Assembly: GCA_965221905.1 (NCBI GenBank)
Contig: OZ244922.1
Span: 2,048,001 to 2,112,000 of the forward strand
DNA: 64,000 bases
Direction of reading: 5' to 3'
From: Chloroflexota bacterium
Lineage (GTDB): Bacteria > Chloroflexota > UBA11872 > VXOZ01
The notes under the pieces are model-generated. The model had not been told where the DNA came from. It worked only from the letters and a program-made list of their open reading frames with translations, and ran no database searches. Shown here piece by piece: positions 30,280-39,538 of the stretch. The position numbers and the translations under genes were made by a program. Position 1 is the stretch's first letter. The number at the start of each line of letters is the position of its first letter.

Positions 30280-31677
30280 CTAGTCCTCATCATGCTCTTC
30301 AGGCATCAGCACAAATTCGGGATAGGCCTCAAGGCCCAACTCGGCGGTGTCCTGACCCAGACGCTCAGCTTGCACCGAAACACGCAGGCCGAGGGTCAAT
30401 CCTATGACCTTCCAGAGGATCAGCGAAACGATGAAGACGAATGCGCCAACTGCTAGAACACCAATGAGCTGCACAACAATGTCGCCGCCTGCGACAATGG
30501 CAACCGCCAGCGTGCCCCAGATGCCTGCCATCAAGTGAGCGGGGATTGCGCCAACGACGTCATCGAGCTTGACTTTTTCAAGCAGTTTGAGACCTAGGGT
30601 GCAGATGATGCCGCCGATAGCGCCGATTATGACCGCCCAGTAGTGTTGAGTGATGTCGGGGCCGGCCGTAATCGAGACGAGTCCTGCAATGGCTCCGTTC
30701 AAGCCGGCGAAGAGGTCAGTGCGTCCGAGGAGCGGCCGCGAGATTATGAGGGCGGCCATAACACCGGCTGCTGCCGCGAGGTTGGTGTTTACCAAAATGT
30801 GGCCGATTGAAATCGCGTCGGCTGCGCTGCCCAGCGCCAACTGCGAGCCGCCGTTGAAACCAAACCAACCAAGCCACAGGATGAAGACGCCCAGAGTCAC
30901 CAACAAGACGTTCGAAGGCGACGTTAGCCTGACTGAACCATCCTTGCGGTACTTGCCAAGCCTGGGTCCGACGATAATCACACCCGCCAGGGCTGCCCAG
31001 CCACCTGTACTGTGCACGATGGTTGAACCGGCGAAATCCTGGAAACCCATTTCAGCCAGCCAGCCGCCGCCCCACGTCCAAGCGCCGACTACGGGGTAGA
31101 TGACGGCGGTTAGAATTATTATGAAGAGGAAGAACGACCACATCTTGACGCGCTCTGCCAGGGCGCCGGATATGATGGATGCCGTGGTCGCTACGAAGAC
31201 CATCTGGAAGAACCAGTCCGACATGACCGAGTAGCCGCTCTCGATTACGGCCGCCGCGGCGCCCTCGTTACCATCCAGCAATGCTAGTTCGTCAGATGAA
31301 GGCCCATAGAGCAGATTGAAAGAGCCGATCAAGCCCCATAGCCGGTCCCCACTCACGTCCACGTACATCAGGTTGTAGCCGACGAAGAAGTAGGCTAGAC
31401 CGGCGATAGAGTAGAGGCCGATATTCTTTAGGCAAATCATTGAGGCGTTCTTGGTGCGTACCGCGCCGGCTTCGAGCATGGTGAAGCCCGCTGCCATCCA
31501 CATCACCAGTACACCCCAAATGAGGAACGCGAAGGTATTTAGGACAAATGCAGTCTCGCCGTCGGTTGCTGCCTGGGCGACGGGCGGTCGGAACAAGAAA
31601 TAGAGAAACGTCAACAGCAGCACCGCCGCGATGACGGCAATACGCCGATGGCGTGCAAGTACGTCCGTGAATACCAT
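30280..31677 (-). CDS. amt: Ammonium transporter (Amt), intact, with signal peptide
   Basis: 'GFTMLEAG', 'FFQMVF', 'DFAGSTIVH', 'GWFGFNGGS', 'DDVVGAIPAH'; twin His and Phe gate present. Confidence 0.95.
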   Translation of the reverse strand: MVFTDVLARHRRIAVIAAVLLLTFLYFLFRPPVAQAATDGETAFVLNTFAFLIWGVLVMWMAAGFTMLEAGAVRTKNASMICLKNIGLYSIAGLAYFFVGYNLMYVDVSGDRLWGLIGSFNLLYGPSSDELALLDGNEGAAAAVIESGYSVMSDWFFQMVFVATTASIISGALAERVKMWSFFLFIIILTAVIYPVVGAWTWGGGWLAEMGFQDFAGSTIVHSTGGWAALAGVIIVGPRLGKYRKDGSVRLTSPSNVLLVTLGVFILWLGWFGFNGGSQLALGSAADAISIGHILVNTNLAAAAGVMAALIISRPLLGRTDLFAGLNGAIAGLVSITAGPDITQHYWAVIIGAIGGIICTLGLKLLEKVKLDDVVGAIPAHLMAGIWGTLAVAIVAGGDIVVQLIGVLAVGAFVFIVSLILWKVIGLTLGLRVSVQAERLGQDTAELGLEAYPEFVLMPEEHDED

Positions 31678-31706
31678 AAGCTCTCTCTCCTTTGAGACAC
31701 TAAGCA

Positions 31707-33170
31707 TCAATCATCATCAACCACCCAGAAGTCTTTGCCACCTCCCCCCTGACTAGAGTTGACTACCAAGCTACCGCGGCGCAGAGCGACGCGACAGAGT
31801 GCCCCAGGTACTATGCGGGTCTCGCGGCCGTGCAGCACGAACGGACGTATGTCCACGTGACGCGGCTCGAAGCGGCCGTCAATGAAGCACGGCGCGCGAG
31901 AGAGCGCGAGCACCGGCTGTGAGATGAACCCGGCTGGGTCCGCGCGCAATTGCTCGGCGTATTCCTCACGCTCCTTAGGGGATGCGTGGGGGCCGATAAG
32001 CATGCCGTAGCCACCGGATTCACCGACACGTTTTACCACTAAATTCTGTAAATTGTCAAGCGTAAACTCCAGATCTTCACGCCGCCTGCAGAGGTAAGTA
32101 GGTACGTTTGCAAGGATCGGCTCTTCATGTAAGTAGTAGCGGATCATGTCAGGCACGTAGGCATACATGCTCTTGTCATCCGCTACACCAGTACCCGGAG
32201 CATTCACCAGGGCAACATTGCCAAGCTTGTACGCATGGAGCAGGCCCGGTACCCCAAGCAGTGAATCCGGGCGAAATACAAGCGGGTCCAAGAAGTCATC
32301 GTCCACACGCCTGTACACCACGTCGACTCGCCGCAAGCCCGCGGTAGTGCGCATATAGACATAGCCATCGTTCACCAATAGGTCACGACCCTCCACGAGC
32401 TCCGCTCCGATCTCGCGGGCCAGGAAGATGTGTTCATAAAAGGCGGAGTTGTAGACGCCCGGGGTCAACAACACGATGGTGGGATTCGATTGTCCGCTCG
32501 TTGCGAGCTCTCGGAGCGTTGTCTGGAGCACTTGGCCGTAGTGTTCGATCTCCCGGACGCGAGACCTTCTATACAGACGGCGAAAGCTCTTCTTCACCGC
32601 CTCGCGATTTGCCAGCATGTAGGAGACGCCGGAGGGAACCCGCAGGTTGTCTTCAAGCACACAGAAGCCGTCGCTGGTCCGCACAATGTCGGAGCCGCAG
32701 ATAGCAACCCATGTGCCGTGGGGGGCAGAAAACCCGCGCATTTCGACCCGGTACTGGGGACATCCACGCACCATGTCTACGGGGATTACACCGTCATGGA
32801 CGATGCTCGGTTCGCCATAGAGATCCTTGCTTCTGGATCTTCCGTAGACGTCTTCCAAGAAGCTATTCAGCGCTTTTATTCGCTGCGTTAATCCCGCCTC
32901 GATTACTTGCCAATCTGAACCTGAAAGAACGCGAGGGAGAGAGTCGATCGGAATAATGCGCTCGTCGGCCTCATCGTCGCCGTAGACCGTAAACGTGATG
33001 CCTTCGTTGGAAAATGAGCGGGTAACCCGTTCCTGGATTGTCGCCAACTCTTCGGGTGAAAGCTGGCAAAGCAGTTCGTGAAGGTCTCGACTGTGTTCCC
33101 GGGGAGTGCCGTCCGACAAGAACATCTCGTCGTAGACGTCGGCATCAAGTTGATAGTCTTCAAAGTTCAC
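31707..33170 (-). CDS. Circularly permuted type 2 ATP-grasp protein (DUF404/407)
   Basis: 'YDEMF', 'GITFTVY', 'VLEDNLRVPSGVSY', 'YRRVDDDFLDP', 'GTGVADDK', 'VVNSSQGGGGKD'. Confidence 0.95.
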   Translation of the reverse strand: MNFEDYQLDADVYDEMFLSDGTPREHSRDLHELLCQLSPEELATIQERVTRSFSNEGITFTVYGDDEADERIIPIDSLPRVLSGSDWQVIEAGLTQRIKALNSFLEDVYGRSRSKDLYGEPSIVHDGVIPVDMVRGCPQYRVEMRGFSAPHGTWVAICGSDIVRTSDGFCVLEDNLRVPSGVSYMLANREAVKKSFRRLYRRSRVREIEHYGQVLQTTLRELATSGQSNPTIVLLTPGVYNSAFYEHIFLAREIGAELVEGRDLLVNDGYVYMRTTAGLRRVDVVYRRVDDDFLDPLVFRPDSLLGVPGLLHAYKLGNVALVNAPGTGVADDKSMYAYVPDMIRYYLHEEPILANVPTYLCRRREDLEFTLDNLQNLVVKRVGESGGYGMLIGPHASPKEREEYAEQLRADPAGFISQPVLALSRAPCFIDGRFEPRHVDIRPFVLHGRETRIVPGALCRVALRRGSLVVNSSQGGGGKDFWVVDDD

Positions 33171-33528
33171 GGCTCATCTCGCTTACCGGGTTTGAATGGC
33201 TCATTGCCAGTGTCATAGCACCATGTCAGTCGTGCACCACTAGCACTCCACATTCCATAGTCGAGCGTTCAGAAAACGTGTCGGCCTCGCCAGAACAGTA
33301 GCAAAACAAGCACACAATTTCAAGCCTTCGCAATTCTGCGTCAAGCTTGTGGAATATCTGGCTGATAGCAACTAAAATGCAAGTTCGCTCAAGCGCCATG
33401 TGTCAATACCAATTGCGCCCGGCATGGGAGCAACTTGGCGATAGACACCAACTAGCCCGGTGCTCGCGGGTAGAAGGAATCCAATTGGCCGATCAGCACA
33501 TTGCCCTGATTAGACCGCACTCCCAACG

Positions 33529-35694
33529 CTATGCTTGGACCGGCTCTTCATCGGCACCCTCTCCAATAACCACGGGCGCAAGAGGGATTTCGATTGTCAT
33601 TTCGGTAAATTCGCCGGGTTCGGATTCGACGCGGATAGTGCCGCCATGGCGCCGCACAATGTCGCTGGACATGGCAAGACCAAGGCCGGTGCCTTGGTCG
33701 GTAGGCTTTGTAGTAAAGAAGGGATTGAACATCTTCTCAACAACGTCCGGTGGCATGCCGGTGCCATTGTCTTTGATGCGGAATTCGGCAGACTCGTCAC
33801 CTCGCCGCGAAGAGAGCCAGACTGTGGGGCTATAGTCCGTGGCGCCATCCGTTTTCTCGATGGCACGCCTTCTCTCATCGGTAGCGTCGCAGGCGTTGCT
33901 TACCATATTCAAGAAGACGCGGCCCATGTCCTGCGGAATGACTTCGATCTCTCCCATATCCGGGTCGAGGTCTTGCTTCAAGTCAAGCTGGAAATCCGAA
34001 TCGGTAGCCCGCTTGCTGTGGTAAGCGAGGCGTGCGTGTTCATCCAGAAGGTTATTGACATTCGTGGGCTGCTGTCCGCCGGTGCCCCGGCCCATGGAGA
34101 GCATGTCATGCACAATGCGGTTAGCGCGTTCTCCGTGCGAATGAATGCGTTCGAGGTTGCCTGTGAGATCACCGGAAATCTCTGCGATGAGGTCGCGGTC
34201 CTCAGCGCTCAACTCGCCTCCGTTTTCACTGAGAACCTCTCGCAATTCTTCAAGCAGGTCTGCTGAAGACTCGGAGAAATTCTTGACGAAGTTTAACGGG
34301 TTCTTGATCTCGTGGGCCACACCTGCGGTGAGCTCACCGAGTGCAGCCAGCTTCTCGCGCATTACGATTTGGTCTTGCGCTCTTCTCAAGTCAACCAACA
34401 CGCTTTCAAGCTGTTCATTCTTTCCCTGTAACTCGTCTGCAAGCTTCTCAACCAGATTCAAGCGCTGCACTTCCAATGCGTGACGACGGAAGACTTCCAG
34501 AGCTGAAGCCATTTCCGCTACCTCGTCGCGGCCACCAATCTCGACCTGGGCCTCCAAGTCGCCACCGGCCATATCGCGCATCCAACTTGAAAGCATTTCA
34601 ATTCGGCGCACCACGACCCGGCCAACGAAGAGCCACACGATTACCAGGGCGCCGCCAATACTGATGATGCCGATGGCAAGCAGGAGAAGACGACCGGTTA
34701 AAATTGCCTGCGTGGACGCTTGGGTGGCTTCCTCTACACTGTCGGACGCTGCGCTTACCAGGCCTTCCACCTCGCCCAGGAGTTCGTTGGCCAGATCGTT
34801 GTTGCTTGCCAACAAAGAGTTCTGGTGCTCGACGAGCCGCAGTTGCCGGGCGCGTAATTCAAATACGCTCTTCAACTCCAACAATTCGTCGAAGATAGGG
34901 GCAAGTTCGGCATAGAATGGCGCGTCCAGAAGCGCAAAGAGACTCCGCTCAATCTGGCTCTGAGCGGACTCGAATCGCTCCCTTAAAGGCTCGACTGAAG
35001 CCGCATCTGAAACCACATAGGAGTTTGCCAAAAGCTCGGTGGCAATGTTAGCTTGCGTGCGCAAAATCTCTAAGTGGCGATACCGATTGAATTCTTCTTC
35101 AGAGAAGTGGTCTGCGCGCGGCGCTGCGGCTTCTCCGATGGCACGAAAACCTGTGATCAAGTAGAAGATCTGGTCGTCAATCTCGGGGACCAAGACTTCG
35201 TCCAGGCCGCTGCGCAGGTTTGTTAGTGCATCACGCAACTGCTCACTTTGCCTATTCAGTTCAAACGACTCGGACATCCCGGTTTCAACGGCGCCGATGT
35301 TAGAAATGAGGGCATCGGCGCGGGCACGAACGCGCGCAAATCGTTCATCCGCTGAATCGGCCTGCTCCAAGACAGCCAATTGCTCCTCAAGGGCGGCATG
35401 CGCTTCGTCGATACTGGCAGCTACGCGGTTGAAGTCCGCGGGCGACGCAGCGCTCGCGAGCCGTGGAGCAGCGGCCTCTAACGAGTTACTGTGCTGTGCC
35501 ACCCTAAAGGCGGCTACCATTTCCGGCACGCTTCCTTCGTTTACCTGGCTCTGGACTTCACCAACGCGATTGAACGAAAACCACCCCACGAGACTGGCCG
35601 CAATGACAAGCGTCACAGCGCCGCCAATGCCCAAATAGAGCTGCGTTGATATCCTGTAACGGCTTTCGAGCAAGCCCCGAAATTGTTCAATCAC
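33529..35694 (-). CDS. Sensor histidine kinase with TorS-like helical extracytoplasmic domain and HAMP
   Basis: TM - long helical domain - TM, HAMP 'GRDEVAEMASAL', 'AHEIKNPLNF', 'DNGTG', 'PFFTTK', 'GTGLGL'. Confidence 0.9.
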   Translation of the reverse strand: MIEQFRGLLESRYRISTQLYLGIGGAVTLVIAASLVGWFSFNRVGEVQSQVNEGSVPEMVAAFRVAQHSNSLEAAAPRLASAASPADFNRVAASIDEAHAALEEQLAVLEQADSADERFARVRARADALISNIGAVETGMSESFELNRQSEQLRDALTNLRSGLDEVLVPEIDDQIFYLITGFRAIGEAAAPRADHFSEEEFNRYRHLEILRTQANIATELLANSYVVSDAASVEPLRERFESAQSQIERSLFALLDAPFYAELAPIFDELLELKSVFELRARQLRLVEHQNSLLASNNDLANELLGEVEGLVSAASDSVEEATQASTQAILTGRLLLLAIGIISIGGALVIVWLFVGRVVVRRIEMLSSWMRDMAGGDLEAQVEIGGRDEVAEMASALEVFRRHALEVQRLNLVEKLADELQGKNEQLESVLVDLRRAQDQIVMREKLAALGELTAGVAHEIKNPLNFVKNFSESSADLLEELREVLSENGGELSAEDRDLIAEISGDLTGNLERIHSHGERANRIVHDMLSMGRGTGGQQPTNVNNLLDEHARLAYHSKRATDSDFQLDLKQDLDPDMGEIEVIPQDMGRVFLNMVSNACDATDERRRAIEKTDGATDYSPTVWLSSRRGDESAEFRIKDNGTGMPPDVVEKMFNPFFTTKPTDQGTGLGLAMSSDIVRRHGGTIRVESEPGEFTEMTIEIPLAPVVIGEGADEEPVQA

Positions 35695-36965
35695 TGTTCT
35701 ATATCTCGTAGTGAACTCACAGGCTGGTACGTGCCGTCCGGGCCGATCATAGTAAGGAATACTGAATCTGATCCCTGGTTGTCGTCCGAACCATAGTTAA
35801 GTTCAAATTCGCTTAAGTCGATCACCCCAGTATTTCGTATGCTATCGAGAAAGCACTCTCGCGTGAGCTGCGGGCCGCACCGCTCAAGCCCGGCGATTGC
35901 CAGGCGCCCGGCAAGGTAGCCCTCTAGTGAAACAAAGCTGGGATCATGCCACGAAGACAATTCGCGAATGGCGCGAAGGTAGTCCTTGACGATTTGTTTG
36001 GAGTCGTCTGTTGGGAACGGAACCACCTGTGTCACGAACACTCCTACTCCCGCAGGGCCAAGTTCTTCCGCCAAGGCGTTGCTGCCGACAAAGGAAACGT
36101 TCATGAAAACCGGGTCCAGACCAATGTGCCGTGCCCAAAGGATAAGGGCGGCAACCGGCTTGTATGCGCCAATCATAATCACCGCTTCGGGATTACCGCG
36201 ACGGAGATCGAGCAAGGCCGCCTTTACAGCAGTGGTGTTGCGCGTATAGACGCCAATTGACACCATTTCCATGTTTCGCTTATCTAGGGCCAACCGCACC
36301 CCGTTGAAGCCGGCGCGACCGTAAGAATCGTCCTGATACAACACACCGATACGCGTGACGCCCAAGTCGATGGTCAGTCTTTCGACCATTTCTTCGGTCT
36401 CTTGATAATAAGAGGCGCGCATATTCACTACATTGAAAAGGTCTGAATTGCGCAGGAATTCGGCGCCGGTGAAGGGGGCAATGTAGGGGACACCCGCTTC
36501 ATAAGCAACCGGCACCGCAGAGCGGGACGTCGGCGTGCCAACGGCTCCGATGAGGGCGAATACATCGTGCTCTTCTATGAGCATTCTGGTGTTGGCAATA
36601 GCGGCTTCCGGTTCGTAGGCATCATCAGATATGAGCAAAACAAGCTCCCGCCCATGGACGCCGCCCTTCTGGTTGACTTCATGGAAAGCGGCCCTAATGC
36701 CGAATTCCATGTTAGTACCAAGCTCTACAGCGGGGCCGCTGAAGGCTGCGGATTGGCCAAAGAGAATCTGGTCGTCGGTGACGCCGGGAGCAGCAGACTG
36801 GGAAGCATCGGCTGCGGTCACTGGCGTTGCTGTTGCAACTACTGACTCGCCATCTTGGGCAGGTGTGGAGCAACCCACGAGAATAGCGGCAACGACAAAC
36901 CCACCAATGACCCTCACCATTGCATTGAATAGTGGGACCGTCGGCAGGCGGTGGGCCCTCTTCAT
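35691..36965 (-). CDS. Type I periplasmic-binding-fold lipoprotein (LivJ-like), no cognate permease nearby
   Basis: 'ILVGCS' lipobox, 'GQSAAFSGP', 'DDAYEP', 'GAVGTPT', 'NMRASY', 'YQDDSYG'. Confidence 0.88.
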   Translation of the reverse strand: MKRAHRLPTVPLFNAMVRVIGGFVVAAILVGCSTPAQDGESVVATATPVTAADASQSAAPGVTDDQILFGQSAAFSGPAVELGTNMEFGIRAAFHEVNQKGGVHGRELVLLISDDAYEPEAAIANTRMLIEEHDVFALIGAVGTPTSRSAVPVAYEAGVPYIAPFTGAEFLRNSDLFNVVNMRASYYQETEEMVERLTIDLGVTRIGVLYQDDSYGRAGFNGVRLALDKRNMEMVSIGVYTRNTTAVKAALLDLRRGNPEAVIMIGAYKPVAALILWARHIGLDPVFMNVSFVGSNALAEELGPAGVGVFVTQVVPFPTDDSKQIVKDYLRAIRELSSWHDPSFVSLEGYLAGRLAIAGLERCGPQLTRECFLDSIRNTGVIDLSEFELNYGSDDNQGSDSVFLTMIGPDGTYQPVSSLRDIEQ

Positions 36966-37381
36966 TTGGCTATACTCGCAACCATTGTTAGATGATTCTT
37001 GCCCTGTTCCCGTCGATAGCGCACGTCATCCATTATTTTGCGCACAAGATGGATGCCTAAACCGCCTATGCTTCTATCCTCTAGCTCACCGGTCACATTG
37101 GGTTTAGGAGCGTCATGCAACGGATCAAAGGGCCGACCGTCATCAACGATCTCTATCGTGAGGGCGTTCTCATCAGAAAATAGTGATATTTCAATTTCAT
37201 GCAGACCATCGTCATGACCGTAATTCATGACGTTGATTACTACCTCTTCTAAGGCCAAGTTCACCTTGAATACGAGATCCAAAGGCCAATCCGCTTGCAG
37301 GCCGAAGTCCTCTATGGCTGTCGAGACCCGGTCTAACTCATCTTGTTTGGTCTCGACCTTTAGGTGCAATTCTGTACCCAC
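36962..37381 (-). CDS. RsbW/SpoIIAB-like anti-sigma factor Ser kinase
   Basis: 'LALEEVVINVMNYG', 'DDGRPFDP', 'GGLGIHLV'; GTG start at 37381 coupled to the upstream stop. Confidence 0.9.
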   Translation of the reverse strand: MGTELHLKVETKQDELDRVSTAIEDFGLQADWPLDLVFKVNLALEEVVINVMNYGHDDGLHEIEISLFSDENALTIEIVDDGRPFDPLHDAPKPNVTGELEDRSIGGLGIHLVRKIMDDVRYRREQGKNHLTMVASIAK

Positions 37382-37382
37382 T

Positions 37383-38543
37383 TCAAGACTCGCTACGGTA
37401 AATGGCCAAGCAGGTGATATCGTCAGATTGAGGTGTATCGCCGGCAAAGTCGCTTACAGCTTGGAAGACCGCTTCGTTTGCTTCTTTGGGGTCTCGAGGA
37501 GGATTGGTCGCGAACACTTCCTGCAAGCGTTCTACCCCAAACTCCTCTTCTTGGGCATTCATGGCCTCGGTGACACCGTCCGTGTAGAGGAATGCGAGAT
37601 CGCCGGGAGCCAAGCTTATCGATTGCTGCTGATAGGGCATATCCGGCACCACTCCAAGCGCGATGCCTCCTGTTAGTGGAAGCAGAGATGAGCTCCCGTC
37701 GGGATGCACAATGAGAGGACTGTTATGTCCTCCGTTGGCGTAAGTGAATTCACCGGTTGACGAACTATACACCGCATACAGAATCGTGACGAACATTCCT
37801 GTGTCATTGTCTTCATGGAGCAGATCGTTAACCTCACCCAGAACTTGACCGGGCTCTCCCATGCCAATGGCAGAGCCTTTCAAGAGAGTGCGGCTAGACA
37901 TCATAAAGAGAGCGGCCGGAACGCCCTTGTCGGAGACGTCCGCAATAGCAACGCCGACAAGGCCGGCATCCAAAGTCAATACGTCGAAGAAGTCTCCACC
38001 GACGTTGCGGGCCGGCTCCATGCTGGCGTAAATCTCAAAGTCAGTACCTCGGGGGAAGTCAGTGGGGAGGATTGATTGTTGGATTTGACTGGCAACGTTC
38101 AGCTCGTTCTGCAACGCGACAAGCTTATCGCGCGACGAGAGCGCCTCACGCCACTCAGTCATATGACTCAGAGTGCGATCGATAGTGATTTGGAGGTCCG
38201 CAAAGTCCAGCGGCTTGGTGACGAAGTCGAAAGCGCCTCGATTCATCGCCGTCCGGATATTCTTCATATCCCCGTAAGCTGAGACGATTACGGAGCGAAT
38301 GTTGGGATCAACTTTGGGAATCTGCTCAAGCAGTGTCAAGCCGTCCATGCGCGGCATATTGATATCGGACAGTACCATATCAATTTCATTATCTTCATTG
38401 AGGCGTTCCAGCGCTTCTATGCCATTCTGAGCAAATACAAATGTATACCGCCCTGCTCTAATGTGGCGCCGCATCCGCTGCAACATGAGCGGCTCGAGAT
38501 CCGGTTCATCGTCGACAACGAGGATCTTATAGGGTGGTTCCAT
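37383..38543 (-). CDS. Response regulator fused to a SpoIIE/PP2C phosphatase (RsbU/RsbY-like)
   Basis: REC 'VVDDE..LSDINMP..TKP'; PP2C 'VGGDFFD', 'ADVSDKG', 'YTDGVTEA', 'SDDIT'. Confidence 0.93.
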   Translation of the reverse strand: MEPPYKILVVDDEPDLEPLMLQRMRRHIRAGRYTFVFAQNGIEALERLNEDNEIDMVLSDINMPRMDGLTLLEQIPKVDPNIRSVIVSAYGDMKNIRTAMNRGAFDFVTKPLDFADLQITIDRTLSHMTEWREALSSRDKLVALQNELNVASQIQQSILPTDFPRGTDFEIYASMEPARNVGGDFFDVLTLDAGLVGVAIADVSDKGVPAALFMMSSRTLLKGSAIGMGEPGQVLGEVNDLLHEDNDTGMFVTILYAVYSSSTGEFTYANGGHNSPLIVHPDGSSSLLPLTGGIALGVVPDMPYQQQSISLAPGDLAFLYTDGVTEAMNAQEEEFGVERLQEVFATNPPRDPKEANEAVFQAVSDFAGDTPQSDDITCLAIYRSES

Positions 38544-38636
38544 CGTTTCCTTTCCACAAGAACTACATTAGCAAGCCCAATAGGTCCTTCCTATTAGCTG
38601 GCCAGAGTTCTCAACACTGCGAAAGAATGGGGTGAG

Positions 38637-38975
38637 CTAGTTCTTGAGTGCGTCTATTGCCTCATCTCGAGAGTCGTGAACTGCAATGATCTGATCGAAA
38701 CCGCTAATCTCGAAGATTTCGCGGATTGACTCAGAAAGAGAGCATACAGCGAATCTGGCATCCTGCTTTTGGAGAGACTTGGCGGTTAATAGGATGACCC
38801 GCAGCCCAGCACTACTTATATAAGAAACTTCCTCCAAATCCAAGACAACGGCTCGCTCGCTCGCGTCTATCGCAGCATCTAATGCATCCTGGAATTCACG
38901 GGCATTAGCACCATCAATGCGACCGTCCGTCTTTGCGATTAAGGTATTGTCCTGCCGCTCGGTGGTAACTCCCAT
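38637..38975 (-). CDS. STAS anti-anti-sigma factor (RsbV/SpoIIAA-like)
   Basis: 'GRIDG', 'VLDLEEVSYISSAGLRVIL' with the phosphorylatable Ser. Confidence 0.93.
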   Translation of the reverse strand: MGVTTERQDNTLIAKTDGRIDGANAREFQDALDAAIDASERAVVLDLEEVSYISSAGLRVILLTAKSLQKQDARFAVCSLSESIREIFEISGFDQIIAVHDSRDEAIDALKN

Positions 38976-39196
38976 TGGGCACTTCTCCTAAGTGTTGCTA
39001 TTCGGCTCTTGGCTGATCGCAATGCGTGAACGACAACCGCCGGTTTCGAAACCGGCTTTGCGTTTCACCTCACAGGCATTCCCTCCACTGGATGTAATGC
39101 AATCGGCTCGTTTTCTACCGATAGTACAAGCGTCTCCTGATCCTAGGAAATACTATACCATTTCCGATTATAGGGGTATGGCAAAGAATGCAAATG

Positions 39197-39517
39197 CTAC
39201 TTTGCAGACTCCCCGGTCTCCGCAGGCATAACCTCAGATATCCAAACCCGTGAATATCGGGACGGATCGGATGCGCTAGCACGACGAATGGCAGCAGTGG
39301 CTTGCTCGACTATGCCATCTTCTACTATCGCCTCGATCTTCACCATGGGCAGGAAGTCAATCTTGTATTCGACACCACGCAGAATCTCCGAATGGCTCAC
39401 CTCTTCTCTGAAGCCTTTGATGTCGATTGCGCTGACACTCGTGACCCCAAGCTTCACTAGGGCTTCATATACAATGCTTACCCTATCCGGTTGAACCCGT
39501 GCCACGACTAGTTTCAT
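39197..39517 (-). CDS. PII-family nitrogen regulator, degenerate GlnK-like
   Basis: 'MKLVVARVQP', 'KGF', 'RGVEYKIDFLPMVKIE'; directly downstream of amtB. Confidence 0.8.
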   Translation of the reverse strand: MKLVVARVQPDRVSIVYEALVKLGVTSVSAIDIKGFREEVSHSEILRGVEYKIDFLPMVKIEAIVEDGIVEQATAAIRRASASDPSRYSRVWISEVMPAETGESAK

Positions 39518-39538
39518 TGTCTGTGTCCTTATGCTTCT

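Noticed and set aside
33200-33380. NtrC, sigma54 or GlnR sites upstream of the ATP-grasp gene
   Set aside because: The GCAC...GTGC and TGGCA motifs have the wrong spacing for the known consensus sequences.
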